Assembly: GCA_028534125.1 (NCBI GenBank)
Contig: CM052817.1
Span: forward strand, 46,130,001 to 46,194,000
DNA from: Lama glama
Lineage: Eukaryota
Length of the DNA: 64,000 bases
Direction: 5' to 3'
Below are positions 1 to 13,315 of this stretch, in pieces (position 1 is the first letter of the stretch; the number at the start of each line of letters is the position of its first letter). The notes under the pieces are model-generated. The model saw nothing but the letters and a program-made list of their open reading frames with translations. It ran no database searches and was not told the DNA's origin. The translations under genes and the position numbers were made by a program.

Positions 1-702
1 AACTTTCACCCAAAAAGAACTTCTGCCTTTTACTTACTTCACCAGAGTCCACTGATTTCCTGTTAATCAAGATTTTAAAACAGCAACTGAGATTTGCTTT
101 AGAAGAAACAAAGACAATTTAGGAGGCCTCAGGCCAACATCCAGAATGCCAGAGGTGACTGAATGAACTTTGATACAAAGCAAATAATGTTATAAATTCC
201 ACAGGTGATCTGGAATTCTCATTGGCTCCAGGTCTTCTTTATCAGCCAGAAAGCCATAAAGAGGGCAGAGGGAGCAAACTCATTCTCACATGCCAAGGCA
301 TGTTTAAGCTCAGCGTTTAGCATGCCAGGTAGCTGCCAGATACAAATCTTGCATATTAGGTCAGTCTTAACATATATCATTGTCATTATACTCATTAAAC
401 GTTTTTGACTACAGTATTTAAAAAAAAATAAGGTAAGGTAAGAATTTGCCTTCTAAGGCCGAAACCCAGAACCTAGAAACACGAGGCCATACATGGATTA
501 CTAAAGTGAGTATTTGATTGTCTTGTCTATTGATGAAGAAGGGTGCTTTAACTCACTTCCATTAGATGCTATAAATACCCAAGTAAACAGAGAAGAAAGG
601 ACTAAGTTTCGATAATGTGAACTCAGAGCACTCCTCAAGTGTGGAAGTGTCCAAGGCTTCAGGAAGGAACCAGAGATCTGTGGAAGGCTCTAATACTGCT
701 GA

Positions 703-870
703 AGCAGTACAGTGGAGAGATTAAGGCATAGGCTTTGGAGTCAGTAGGACGGGGCTCAAGTCCTGGTATCCATCATTTGTACTGAGCCTCGTCTCTGAAT
801 AATAAAATTACTTCAGAGAGATTTTAAAGGGTTAAATCCGATCATCAGATAATGCATGAGAGTTACTATT
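703..870 (+). mobile_element. MIR SINE
   Basis: ttaaggcataggctttggagtcag...ctcaagtcctgg...ctgagcctc. Confidence 0.6.
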
Positions 871-1004
871 AACAACAAAAGATAACACTAGAATTAAAAT
901 GAAACTATTACAGAATTTAAACTTTCCAGGAAATTCAAAGCACTCGCAATGGTGGAAAATTGCTATGTTTAACACCATTCTTACTAGAAGTTAGTTTTGG
1001 ACAG

Positions 1005-2160
1005 TTCATTTATTCATTCAGCATGTATTGATTGAGAGTCCACTGTGTTCTGCCAACAGCTGATGTGCAAAAAGAACACGAAGATCTTGTGAAATACCAC
1101 TTAGAATTTAGTGGAAATAGTGTTGTTAAAAATAATAATCATACCAGCAAAAACTATGTGAATTACGATCAATATGATGGAAGCAAATCATAGGATGCTA
1201 TCAGAAAATACAACAAGAACTAACTTACATGGCAAAATCAGGAAACACTTCTGAGAAAAAATGGCAGTCCACCTAAGAGGTAAAGAATGAGTAGGGTCTT
1301 GCCAAGACAAGGAGCAGTGGGGCAGTCCAGGTAGAGGGATCAGCATGGATATAGCATTGAGTTTGGCAGAGTTTGTACTAAGAAAGAGCCAATTAGGCAG
1401 AGTGGTTGGGACTCAGATGAAGCTGGACCATGCAAAGCCTGGGCAGGAGTCTTTTATCCCGGACACAATAGGCTGCTGTTGAAGGGTTTTAAGCAGATGA
1501 ATGATATAGTCTGATCACCCTGGCTTCCACCTGGAAGATAAACTAGAATGTGACAGTATTGGAAGCAAGAAGACTAGTTTATTAGGGGAGTGTCTTAAAA
1601 CATTGGAACATAAATTTACCTTTAGCACATTCTTTGTGTAGACAACTTTGCTGGAGCATGAAAGCACGGGGTAAGTTAGGGTTTTACAAACTCACATTCC
1701 AGGTCCCCTTTAGACCACTTTAAAACATATATTTGCTAAGGGATTCACTAATAACTGTGTGTGTTGGCTCATCCACTTCCAACAAATTTTTATTAAGATT
1801 TCTCATGTGCCAGTTACTGTCTTAGGCACTGGGAAGAGGGCAGTGAACAAAACACACAAAGACATTGCTCTCATCAATCTTACATTCTAGGTGGAGAGAG
1901 AACATAAGTAAACAAATAAATATATAACACGATTAATACTTTTAAATAAAATAAATCCAAGTGAGAAGACAGAGAGTAAGGTAAGATAGTAACAATTTAA
2001 GGTACTCAGGGAGGATCTCTCAAATAAGATGATTTTTTAGCACAAATGAAAAGCAGTCCATTTAAAACCTAGAGAACGTTCATTTCAAAGGGAACATGAG
2101 TAAGTGCAAAGATCCCGAGGTAAGTGTTGCTTTTAAAATTCTCAAGCAATTGCCTAGAAT
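1005..2160 (-). mobile_element. Two L2 fragments (about 1005-1580 and 1770-2160)
   Basis: L2 tail motifs cattcattca...tattgattgag and atgtgccagttactgtcttaggcactggg...gtgaacaaaacaca...cttacattctag. Confidence 0.6.
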
Positions 2161-2181
2161 TTTGGTCAAAATTAATGATTC

Positions 2182-2280
2182 CATCTTCACCACCACCACC
2201 ACCACCATCCTCGTTATCATCATCACTGCCACCACTACCATCACCATCATCACCACCATTATCATCACCATCATCATCAT
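2182..2280. repeat. Imperfect (CAC/CAT)n trinucleotide microsatellite
   Basis: caccaccacc...catcatcat; explains the poly-T/I and poly-V/M ORFs. Confidence 0.95.
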
Positions 2281-5200
2281 AGTGTAACCTTGGGAAAGCT
2301 TCCTAGAGGCTTTATACGACAGGCCATTGGTCAGCTCCATCAGAGACAGTTTTACATTAGGCAGAGCTTAGAGCTCAGCAAAAGTCTGAATGTTTAAGTA
2401 CTCCCAGGTTTTATAACACTTTGGTTTTAAAAGTTAGGAAAAATCAATCATTTTAAGGCAAATATTTTTATTCTTCAGCATCAGTATGAATCAGTTGTGG
2501 TACTTGTCACATATGCCACAAACATCCCAGATGGTTTCTTGATGCAAGTGGTCCAAGGACTGTGCTTTGAAAAATGCCATTTTAATCCCTCTGAGTGATT
2601 GAGACCTCACAACTCTTACAATTTGTAATCACTTTCACCATGTGCTTGAACTCATTCTGTGCTTGAACTCAATAATGGGGGCCTAAAACATTATTCCCCA
2701 AATGGCAAAAGTGACAAACAAGCCAAGAAGAACCAACCTTAATGAAAAACCACCCACTATTTGAAAATTGATGGAGAAGGGAAACCGATGAGTTCAAATT
2801 CATTGTCACCTGAAGTATGAGACTAATGACACAATAATTTTTCTTCTATGTAAATCACTTTTCTAATTGGCTTCGATGGCAAATCTTTTTCTACTAATGT
2901 AACTTGATTGGGGGGAATCTTCAAATAGATGCTCTTTACAAAATATTTGTGATATCTAAGGAATAATGTTATGGTTTATAAGATGTATCAAACATGATTT
3001 ACATAGCATTGTTTATTTTGTATTAGAGTATACAAATATACTTGGCCTTTAAATAATTCTTCACAATATTTTAATACCCCAATGAGGTAATAATAACTCT
3101 TAATGAACTGAAAATTGTCAGAAGTGACAATTAATAGATAATTCTGCTTCATAAAATTCTGGATAATAGAAAATTGATTTAACTATATATCTTCCTTTAA
3201 ATATTAATATTTGCAGCACAGAAATGTGCTTTCAATAAAATATCTCTTGCCTTTATGTCAAGTATCAGTTGATATTTTCATCTTACTTAATTACTTGGTA
3301 GTAACCAGCCTCTTCTACACCAGCTTCATGCCAAAAGATTATACCAGTTTTATCAGTATATAGTCAGTTTCCAGTCTTTAAAAGTAGCCACTGGATCATC
3401 ACCCTCTTCTGCCTTAGAAAAGGAAAGTGATCCCTAATATGGGTCAGCTGTTTGGATATGTAGGGTTTTTTTCCTTCCTTGGTAATTAGCTCTTTTATTA
3501 CTTCATTTCAAAAGATTAATAAGGGACTGGGAGACAGGTACTGTTTTTGAAAGCATATACCTGAGATTAGCACTTATAGTAAACACAACAAGGGATATTA
3601 ACAAAGAAAACACTAATTTTAGACGAGACTCTAAGATTCTGACCTGCAGATGAATTGCCACTCTCTGTGCGAATTTTTTTCAAGGTACTCTTTAAAATAA
3701 TTATGATTATTATGATAAATAATTTTAGTTGGAAGTTGAACCTGAAAGTAGACTACTATTTTTCCTTCTGTGTTTATCACTTTTATATTTGGACTCAAAA
3801 CTCAAATAACTCTTCTCCCCAGCCTCACCTCTACACTCAAGTTCCCAGTATCATGGTCTTTCTTTATTCAGTTGTTTGCACTAAATATTACCTTGGCTCC
3901 AAGTTAAGCTCAGGGTTTTTGTGTTTTTGTTTTTTAACAGAATTCCTGCCATTGCTCCATTAGGGCTTCCAGCATTCCTAAAAGAAATTGAATTATAAAT
4001 CCAAAGATCCTGAATTCTAAAATTCAAAGCAGAATTTTAATAGCTGAAGGCAAATTTATTTGGGGCCAAACTTTATCCAGCCCATCCTGCACTCTAGGTG
4101 TTAGTTAATCAGGATGTAAATTTCTACTCTGAATAAAAGAGAGCTTTTATGATTTTTCTTCATTTCTCCTCTCCCTTCCCAAAGGCAGTTTTGGAATCCG
4201 AAGGGCCAGTGAGACTGATTATCAAATCCCCTGTCTTCAGATCATGTATAGTCCCCACCCTTTGATGATGGTGATGCCATTTCCCTTGAAAGGGAAGTGC
4301 AGAACTTAGTCTTTGATTAAGAGTTATAAACTAGTATCTGACTCCAGAGCTGTCTGGGATACGGGCTCTTTATTATCAGCAGGCTTTTGGAGGCTTTCTT
4401 AATCCCGTCTTCAGTTTCACACAACCTAAGGAAAAGCCACTTTATTCTGCTCAGTGCTCTCAATTGGATCATTACACGTGCATACCTTTAATTTTATTTT
4501 AATTGGATATTAAATGCTTTTATGCCAAGAATTCTCCTTGGCACATATATCTGTTTTATACACTGCAGGTGTAAATCACCAGCTCAAATAGAAGCCTCGG
4601 GTATAGTCCATCCAGTGGGGAAATTAAACATAGACTAGTTGGTAACTGGAAGCATCTGCATCATCTGTTAAGATTTCAGGTTGCTGTTCTAAGCATTGCT
4701 AATACATTTCTTTGGTTGTACTCTTCAAGACCCCTGTGTGAGGAAGCCCAGAGTAATAGGACATTGTTCATTTAAAGTGACAGAGGATTGCAAGGATTCC
4801 AGAAAGGCTGATTCTTGACTATAAGCAAAGGAAAAGGCATGTGTCCCCAGGTTGTTGGCTTGTGCCAGTTGGGAGCTCTGCTATGACATGTCAGTATCGA
4901 TGCCAGACATACAGAGTAGTCCTGGAAGTTGAAATCTTAGTATTTCATTCATTCCCTGGGGTGTAAGCACCATGAAAATAGGAGCTGTGACATAAGTTTC
5001 ACAGTGTCTGGAAGCCCCAGAGAATGGGGACACAGAAGTGCTGACTAGTATTCGTCAAAGCAAATGGAATTATCCAATCATTTATTCAAGAGAACTTTAT
5101 TGAACACTTACCAAGTAAAAACATTTATTGAACAGTTGTGTGGAATACTAAGATAAATAAGACATGGAAGTGAACTTTAAGGAACATTTAGTTTATTAGA

Positions 5201-5509
5201 GGAGCTAAGTATGAGTTAAAATAACTGATAATGCAAAGTAGAAAACTATAGGCAATATTAGACAGATACTAGCTTTGTATTTTTAAGTTATTTTAAAAAT
5301 ATTTTCATACCAACTTAAAATGATTCAATGCTTTGAGGAACACTCTGAAATGTACTGCATGCTAAATAAATGTGAAAAATTATTATAGTTATAAATGGCT
5401 CTGTTGTTTACAAAGAAATTAGATGGCGGGACCACTGTTTTTAGAAGGCTTCTTCTTCAAAGATTTCTACACATCTCTAACAGAAGATGCAGGCAATTTA
5501 TAAGATCAT

Positions 5510-5845
5510 CATCTTGGCCTGGTTGCACATTAGAATCACCTTTGGGGTTCTCAAACTCCCAATGTTCAGGCACAGCCCAGACCAACTAAGTCTGAATCTC
5601 TGGGGGTGGAACACCAAGTGATCCCATTGGTTGAAACAATTGTTCTTAATCTTATGTCGCATGTAAGCAAATACCACAAGGAGCTTCTATGAACCAAGCC
5701 ATAAATTTATGAGATTCTGATAAATTTGTCTGGAGTAGGACCTGGGCATAGATACTGAAAACAAACAAACAAATAAAAATTTAAAAAACAAAACAAAAAC
5801 CTCAAGTTCTTTAGTAATGTGCAGCCAGGATTGATAAGCTCAGAG
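5510..5845. mobile_element. MER5-family hAT fragments (two adjacent)
   Basis: ggttgcacattagaatcacct...gaatctctgggggtgg; gagattctgataaatttgtctggagtaggacctgggcat...gtgcagccaggattga. Confidence 0.65.
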
Positions 5846-8149
5846 TTAGGGAATAATAAAAAATTATATCTAATTGTGGGAAAAATATGTTTCATCACTG
5901 CCTATTGTCACTGGTCATCTGTAATAACTAAGTAATATCCAGTTGAAGAGACTACTCTGTTTAACTAGTTTTTCCCAGTTGTAAGTGATTATGAGGATGA
6001 CCAGAAAGGCTTTCTATCCCTGAACCTATGACAGGTTGGGCCTGGGGGGGGCAAGAAGACTGTTCTGAAATTCTTGGCCCTGTGAGCTGGTGTGGTCACT
6101 CTTAGTCATTACTCTTTGATGGAAAAGGCCTGGGCATAAATCACGTGCAAGCCTGTGTGTTCATTTCGACACAGATGTCACCACCTATGCAAACCACCAT
6201 CTGGGAAGGAAATACATTTGCCCCTTGCACATCTTACATGGATAAAATAAAGCATTATGTTATGTCAACCATCCTTTGTTTGTAAATGCTTCTGCTGAAT
6301 AACCCATGATGCAGTTTGGAAATTTCTTGAATTATCAGTTTCTCAGAACCATTGCTATAAATGGATATTTCTGCTGTGTTACATCAGCTTTTTTTAATAA
6401 AAAGAAAGAATTGTGAAATTGAAAGTTTATTGAAAAACTCAGATACCTTCCATCAAAGGCAAAATTATCAACCTTAATTTCAAAGCATAAATGATAGTAT
6501 GTTGCTTTTACTGTCTTCAGAGAGTCTATGTGATTTAAATACTGAAAAATAGAGGGGTGAATGCAAGGTGAAGGAAAAGGTGGAATAATTACAGGAAGAC
6601 TAATGACTATAAGTGATGTCAGCAAGAATTTTAGTGCTTTTGGAGAAAAGAATTGACTCATATTTCAACATTTAATTCATTTAATTTTATTTAGATCACT
6701 TAATATAAAATTTTCTTTATGCCTTCAAATAATTTCACATTTCCATTCAAATGAATCACATGAATTATAGCCTAGGGCAGTTTATTTTGGCCGATTTTTT
6801 TTTTTAAGTTCAGCTCCACCTGGACAAATTCTGACAAGTTAGTGTGGATTCATGACTGCAAAGATCTTCTTTGGAGAGAGCAAGTTTGATGAAAAACGGA
6901 GTCCAAAACAGAATGACATTCACTGGTGATTTTGTTCAACTCTCTTGCATATCCTCTAACTGTTCATGGCCTCAGATACAACTCTACTGTTACCCTGGCA
7001 GTGACACATTCCAAATCAGACTGAGGAAATGAAAGGCACACTTGCTGGGTCAGCTCCTCATGGTTAGCCTTGGCTTCTGCTGAGAATAGTCCTCTCCGTA
7101 CAAGGGACAGTGACAAGCATGTACTGAATATCCTTTGAATATGTTATCCCTTGTAATTCTCACCACTCTCCTAGAAGTTAACGGAGATAATTATACTAAT
7201 TTTAAAGTGTAGAAAACAAAAATGATTTGAAATAACTAATATTTCTGTTTTTAAATTTTTCCATCACATTCATTGTTATAGATGTAAATACATAATTTGG
7301 AGAAAAAAACTCTACAGCTAAATTTCAGACTATTCATTTGTCCTCAGATGATCCTATACCAATTAAATTACTTGGCAGCTAAATGAATTACAGGCATTGA
7401 AAAAAAATTGCAGGCATAGGAAAAATGAAAATCTGTGAAATACTAGACTCTCAAATACAAACCTAAAATGTAAAGTATTTTAGGATACTTGGATAAAGAG
7501 AAGACAAAAGCTTGGTCATATATTCTACTATTGGAAACTTGGAAAATCTACCTTGCCCGTTGATAACTCTCTTCTTTCCTCTTCTTTTTAAATGAATTTT
7601 TTCTCTTCTTTCCACAGGTTGGCACAAGTTAGGACCCTGTTGGTTGTCTGAGCTGACAACCCAAAGCCCTTCATTTGGAGCATGTCTGGGAGCCTGAGAG
7701 GGAAATAAAGAGATTTAAAGTCAGCTTCCTTATTATAGATTTGAGCAGTGGCTCCTGTAAAAATGTGTTGGGTGAAGCAGGACACTTGATGGTGTGTGTC
7801 ACTGCTCTTAGGACAGTCCCTAATCTTAAATATGGCCTTAAGACCCTACCTAACCTGCCCCCTTCACCAGTCCCAACTCCCACCATCCACCTCCTCTCTG
7901 TCTAGACACAGGCATCTGTCTGGGGCTTTAGATGTGACATGTTTTCTCCCATCTCAGTCTTTGCTCAAACGCCTTCTATTTGGACAGGAAACCGCTCTCC
8001 TCACTCCTTCCCTTCACTCCTTGACTAGAATGTGCTCAGGCTCGGTTTAAACATTTCCTCCTCAGGGATTCTTCCCTGATTCCCCAAGAGTTGAGGTCCT
8101 TCTGTTATATATCTTCATAACACTCTCTGGCTCCTCTTCTGTGGAAATT

Positions 8150-8930
8150 TGAATGTAATGAGTATCAGATGATAGTATAGCAGTGTTAAATTTCCTGACT
8201 TTGGTAACTTGACTGTGGTGATGTAAGAGAATATCCTTATTATTAGGAAATAAATACCTATGTGTTTAGAGGCAGAATTCCAGATAGCTGGAGCTTCTCT
8301 CAAATTGTGCAGAGAGTGAAGGAAGGAATGATGGAGGAAGTGGAATGAAAAGCTCATAGATTAACTCATGACTGAGTAATTTGCTAATGTCTTTTGTTGG
8401 TATTAAAATGTATCTTTTATTTTATCATCTGGGACTTAAAAAATAATTCCTTAGAGTTGTATCAAAGGCAAAATTTATATAGGCTTAACTTTGTCCCTCT
8501 AATTTTATTTTTGTGTGTTTATTCTAGGAAATAATCATGAAGAGGCACAATGGTGGTTTTACAGGGATATTCATTAAAATTTGTATACAAGTTTGGAAAA
8601 TTAGAAACAATTTACACATCCAATAATATACCTTTGGTTTGAGATTATGCAGTCATTAAAATGCTATTGAATAATATTTAATGGCATGTATAAATGTCAT
8701 TATTAAGGGTTAAAAACAAGAAGCAAAATGGCACACCCAGAATTTCTCCAGTTTTATGCGTATAAATATGCTCCCAAACCCATACATATAAAAGGTCACA
8801 AAACTATAAATCAAGATGTGATAATTTTAAGGAATGGGGGAAGGGGTAACTTTAAAGTTATTTTTACTTGATAGTACTTTAAAATTTTGCTAAAAACAGA
8901 CATATTATTCTGTAATTAAAAACTAATTAT
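8150..8930 (+). mobile_element. Old L1 (L1M-type) 3' fragments
   Basis: gtgttaaatttcctgactttggtaacttgactgtggtgatgtaagagaatatcctt resembles recalled L1MC/ME 3'UTR. Confidence 0.5.
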
Positions 8931-9145
8931 AAAACTAAATGATTTGCTGCAAATCTAGAGTCCACCTTAAAAAAGAGGCATACATAGCCATAAATTTTAA
9001 TGAAATTCTGTTCTTATTACATGCATACACACCTAGTACATACTATAACTTCTTCCCAATGACACAAGATCTTGCTGCTGAAGTTGGTGGGTGACATTTA
9101 CAATGTGACCTCCAAACTCTTCCTTTAGTGAAATATATACCCAGG

Positions 9146-9548
9146 TGTTGGAGGAGGCCATCAAAAGGACATGGTCACTGGTTGACCCTCAAGCTTGACC
9201 AGGGCAATTGGTGGCTCCTCCTCGCCTCCCATGTCTTTGGAATGTATGTTCTGCCCACCATTCCCACTGTGAGAGCCATTTTTAAGGATACAGCCTTGAG
9301 AAAACAACGTGTTATTGAGACCATCTGCAAGGTATATGTAACTGAACCCTTTTCAGGCCCCTATATAAAGCTTTAAGAATCTGGTGGGTGATATTGGAGA
9401 TTTACCCATCTTACTGCTTCCCAAGACAAGCCTCATATGTAAATTCCCTTGCTCATCAGTTCTGCCAGCTACCAATCTGGAGTGGTCTGCCACTTTCTTT
9501 TGGTATCTCCTTGCCCTCCCTGTATGGGGGCCGCTTTGTAACTCAACA
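9146..9548 (+). mobile_element. Solo ERV LTR (403 bp)
   Basis: TGTTG...CAACA termini; 5-bp TSD CCAGG (9141-9145, 9549-9553); TATATAAA at 9362-9369. Confidence 0.85.
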
Positions 9549-10060
9549 CCAGGAAATCCTTTTACCATTGTAGTAAACAGATCTATGGCTGCTATAAAGG
9601 GCTACGGCCTGTTGGATTTGTTTCCTGATGAAAGTAGCAAGCCTGAGACTAAATGCTGCCCAACCACATAAGAAAATACAATATGATTTATTAAAATCTG
9701 TTTAAAAAAGGCACACTTATTTTATAATAAAACTTGCATTTTCTCAATGTCAAGGACTTTTGAAGGAATTCAGTTCTCTCTTGTGATTTGATTTCCAAGT
9801 TTAGTTTCTTACATGTTTTTTAGGACCTAAATTTCAGATAGTATAGGCCTGGATTTAGAAACTATTTCTGTGATTTTAAAAAATCTTTTCTTTGTCATTC
9901 AACTCTGGATATATTTATTTGTAGTTTTATATGCATATTGCTATTAAAAAAAACTGTATTTCATGTGTGTGTGCGTGAGATATACCTAAGGAGGTAGACA
10001 CTATGTCCGTACAGTCTTGGTTTGGGGCTTTTTTACAATCTAGATTGATCCTAATGAGGT

Positions 10061-10097
10061 GCTTCGTTAGCGCAGCAGGTAGCACGACAGTCTCATA
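10061..10097 (+). pseudogene. Tailless retrocopy of the 5' half of elongator tRNA-Met(CAT)
   Basis: gcttcgttagcgcagcaggtagcacgacagtctcata matches the recalled tRNA-Met-CAT 5' sequence GCCTCGTTAGCGCAGTAGGTAGCGCGTCAGTCTCATA at 33/37. It ends just after the anticodon and is flanked by 19-bp direct repeats (10041-10059, 10096-10114). Confidence 0.85.
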
Positions 10098-10302
10098 GAT
10101 TGATCCCAATGAGGAATCATTACTTATGTTACCATATTAGTAATAAACATTGAATCTTGTACTAAGTGCCACAGAATGACAAATGGCCAGAAGACAAATA
10201 TATATTCAGCATATAAACTACTGAAGATTGGCTTCCAAGCTATGGACTAGTGCAATGGGGGCTATTGAATGTTGGGGACTTGAAGCACAAATTAAAGGCA
10301 GA

Positions 10303-10702
10303 CATACCTCTTCTTTTTTATATTCTTTTTCATTATAGGGTATTACAAGCTGTTGAATATAGTTCCCCGTGTTATACAGTGGGACCCTGCTGTTTATCTG
10401 TTCTATGTATAGTAGTTTGTATCTGCCAATCCCAGACTCTTAATTTATCCCTCCCCACCCCACTTCCTTTCCCCTCTGGTAACCATAGGTTTGTTTTCTA
10501 GATCTGTGAGTTTGTCTCTATTTTGTAAATAAGTTCCTTTGTGTCATTTATTTGGATTCCACTTATAAGTGATATCATATGAAATTTGCCTTTTTCTGTC
10601 TGACTTACTTAGTGTAATAACCTCTATAACTGAATCACTATGCTGTACACTAGAAATTAACACAACATGTAAATCAACTATACTTTAATTTTAAAAAATG
10701 TA
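10303..10702 (+). mobile_element. 5'-truncated, 5'-inverted (twin-primed) L1 3' end
   Basis: About 10303-10625 is L1 3'UTR in antisense; about 10625-10700 is the terminal 3'UTR in sense with an A-rich tail. TSD AAAGGCAGA at 10294-10302 and 10703-10711. Confidence 0.8.
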
Positions 10703-11339
10703 AAAGGCAGAAACAATGCTATAATGTGGCACTTTATTTCAACCACAAGCCCTTATTAAGTTTCCCAGTCTTGTTACGTCAAAGAGAGCAGATTGTTGCC
10801 TCTGAGACGTCAACTATGATTGTATCCATTAACCTGAAATCGCCTACTCATGATTTGTGACTTATACAACACGACCAACAGATCAGGAGCCATCGCATGC
10901 ATTGGAGGGGGAATATATTCTCAGTACAGCTGAGTGTATGTTCTTCAGTTAAGCTTTCTGGTTGGTAGTCCAACCCATGTTTTATAAAGAGGCCCTACCC
11001 AGTGATAAGGGGCTTATTTATATTTCCACAGCCAGATTCTCCTACTATAATCTAGACTGCATCTTATGTAAGCACATGACTCACATGCATTGGTCCCTTT
11101 CCTGAAACTCAGGATGAGAGCCAACTCTCAGTTACCTGTGCTATGAGTGCCAGAGGCGACTGGAAGAACTGAAACCCATTCGTGATCCCCAACTTTCATT
11201 TTATACCAATAATCTTAACCTCCTCCCTGATGCCAACTGTAACTAGTGATTCTCATGATTACAGAAGAGGCCAAAGAGAAAAGCATAGGATCTGGTAAAT
11301 AAAACAAAATTGTATGATTATTGAATACTTGAGAGCTTG

Positions 11340-12510
11340 TCACTTCCATTCTCTTTAACAGTCAAGATCCTAGAAAAGGATTCTCTCCCAGCAGCCACCA
11401 CCAACTCCTTTCATCTAGAGCAATCTAACTTCCACCTTCATCATCCACTAAAAATACTCTTTCAAATTTCATGACATTCAGAAGTCCAAACCAGTGGCAT
11501 TTTCCCTCTTCTTCAGTTTTTTTTTTCCCCTAGGTTTCTTGTATACTAGACAGTGTTGACTATTGCTTCAAATCTTCAATTTTTTTCCTCTTGACTTTCA
11601 TACCACTATATTCTCCCAGTTACTCTCCTGGTTATAACCATGAGCAAGTCCTGTTGCTATAAGGTACATTCTAAGTACAGCCCAAGTTCAACCATTCCAC
11701 TACTATCATCTTTGTCCTAGCCATGTTACAATTTAAGTGCATAATTAAAACAATCCCCTACCTTGTCTTCTAGGCTTGCCTTGCCCCTCTTTTAGTCTGT
11801 TTTCCCCAGAGCAGATAGACTGGCCTTTTGGAAATACAAATTTTATCATCACCCTATACCCAACCCTCTGATTATTTGTTACATTTGTAACAGAAAGCAA
11901 ACACCTTACCAAAGCCTATACCTCCTCAATTTTCTCTGACTTCTCTTGCCACTGTTCACTGAGTATGCTCCAGCCATGCTGATCTTACTGTCTTTTGAAC
12001 ATTAGAGTCCTTGTATTTCCTGCTCCAGGTCAAAAAGACTTTGGCTCCACAAGTTCGTATAGTAGAGTTTGCCCCATCTCTCTACATCTCTTCTCATATA
12101 TTACCTCCACAGAGATGCCTCCCTGGCCCCCCCGGCTAAAGCAGCCCTGAAACTGGAGTTACCTTACTTATTACTTAGTTTATCAATTCCCACGAGAACT
12201 TGGGCAAGTTACTCTCTGCTTCTGTTTCCTCACCTGAGAAATGAGTCTTATAAAAGTAGCTATATACCTCGTAGGGCTGTTACAAGGATTTAACAAGTTA
12301 TTACATTTTAAAAGTTTCACAGTAAATAGCCCTGGATAAGTGTTTGATACCGTTATTATTAGTAGTATTTATTTACTTCCTCTCTTTTCCCACTAGAAAT
12401 ACAAATTCCAGGCATTATCTGTCTCAACAATCACTTGTTACCGGCATGTAGAACAGTGAGACACATACTAAGACTTCAATGAGTAATTGTTGAATGAATG
12501 AGTGAAATAG
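11340..12510 (+). mobile_element. L2 fragments with an inserted MIR (about 12195-12360)
   Basis: L2 3' tail ttgttgaatgaatgagtga at about 12488-12505; MIR core ttgggcaagttactctctgcttctgtttcctcacctg. Confidence 0.6.
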
Positions 12511-13315
12511 TGAAGTGTCTCTTTTGCCTTCATAGGCTCCTTTTCTTTTTGCCAATTCCTTAAGTGAAGACACTTCCTTGGAGTCAATCATTGGCTTTCT
12601 TGGCATTGTTCCTCTACCCTCACTCCTTTGAAGTGTTTAACCTGAAATGTTTCTCTGGTATCAGGTGTAGTCCCTGTGATGGGAGTTTCCACCATTAAAT
12701 TTTTAGCTCATACCACACCCTCAAGTTCCACACCAAGGAGGCAGCTCTAAGTAGATGGAAATTTGGGTCTTGTGAGACCTGAAATAATATATGAGTTCTG
12801 TGACTTCACTTGCTTTGTGACTCAGAGCAAACCACAGCCTTTCGGGAACTATATTCTCTTGTAGGTAATATAATTCTTCATCTCAAACTTCCATCTCTGA
12901 GAATGCATTTAAACAAAGAATTAATAGATGTAAAAGTGTTTTGTTAACTGTAAAATAGTACATATAATTTTGAGATATTGTCAAATACCTTGAACATGCT
13001 ATTTCTACAAATACACTGCTCTTATATTCAACATATTTAAACTAAATTAATTTCCTTTTTCCCCAAATGGAATTCTTTCTCACTTCACTTTCTCTTATTT
13101 CTCATATCCAGTCACTAAACACTTGGGTTCTCCCATTGTGATGTGTCTAAAATTTTCCTCCTGCTCGCTGTTCTCCCAGGCATAACCTTAGCCAAAGCTT
13201 TCTTCAGTTTACATCTAGGTCATTACAACACTCCACCAGCTGCTCTCTCTGACCAGTCTTTTTCTCTCAATCAGTCTTCTCAAATAATCTCATTTCAATT
13301 TTCCTCAAACACCAG

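Noticed and set aside
2080..2340. Poly-Met/Val and poly-Thr/Ile ORFs
   Set aside because: Translation of the (CAC/CAT)n microsatellite.
2641..2671. 14-bp direct repeat TGTGCTTGAACTCA
   Set aside because: 3-nt spacer; simple slippage duplication.
3113..3132. 8-bp stem hairpin AATTGTCA-gaag-TGACAATT
   Set aside because: Short and AT-rich; expected by chance in 64 kb.
10061..10097. Functional tRNA gene
   Set aside because: It lacks the whole 3' half (T arm/B box and acceptor 3' strand), so it is called a retrocopy.
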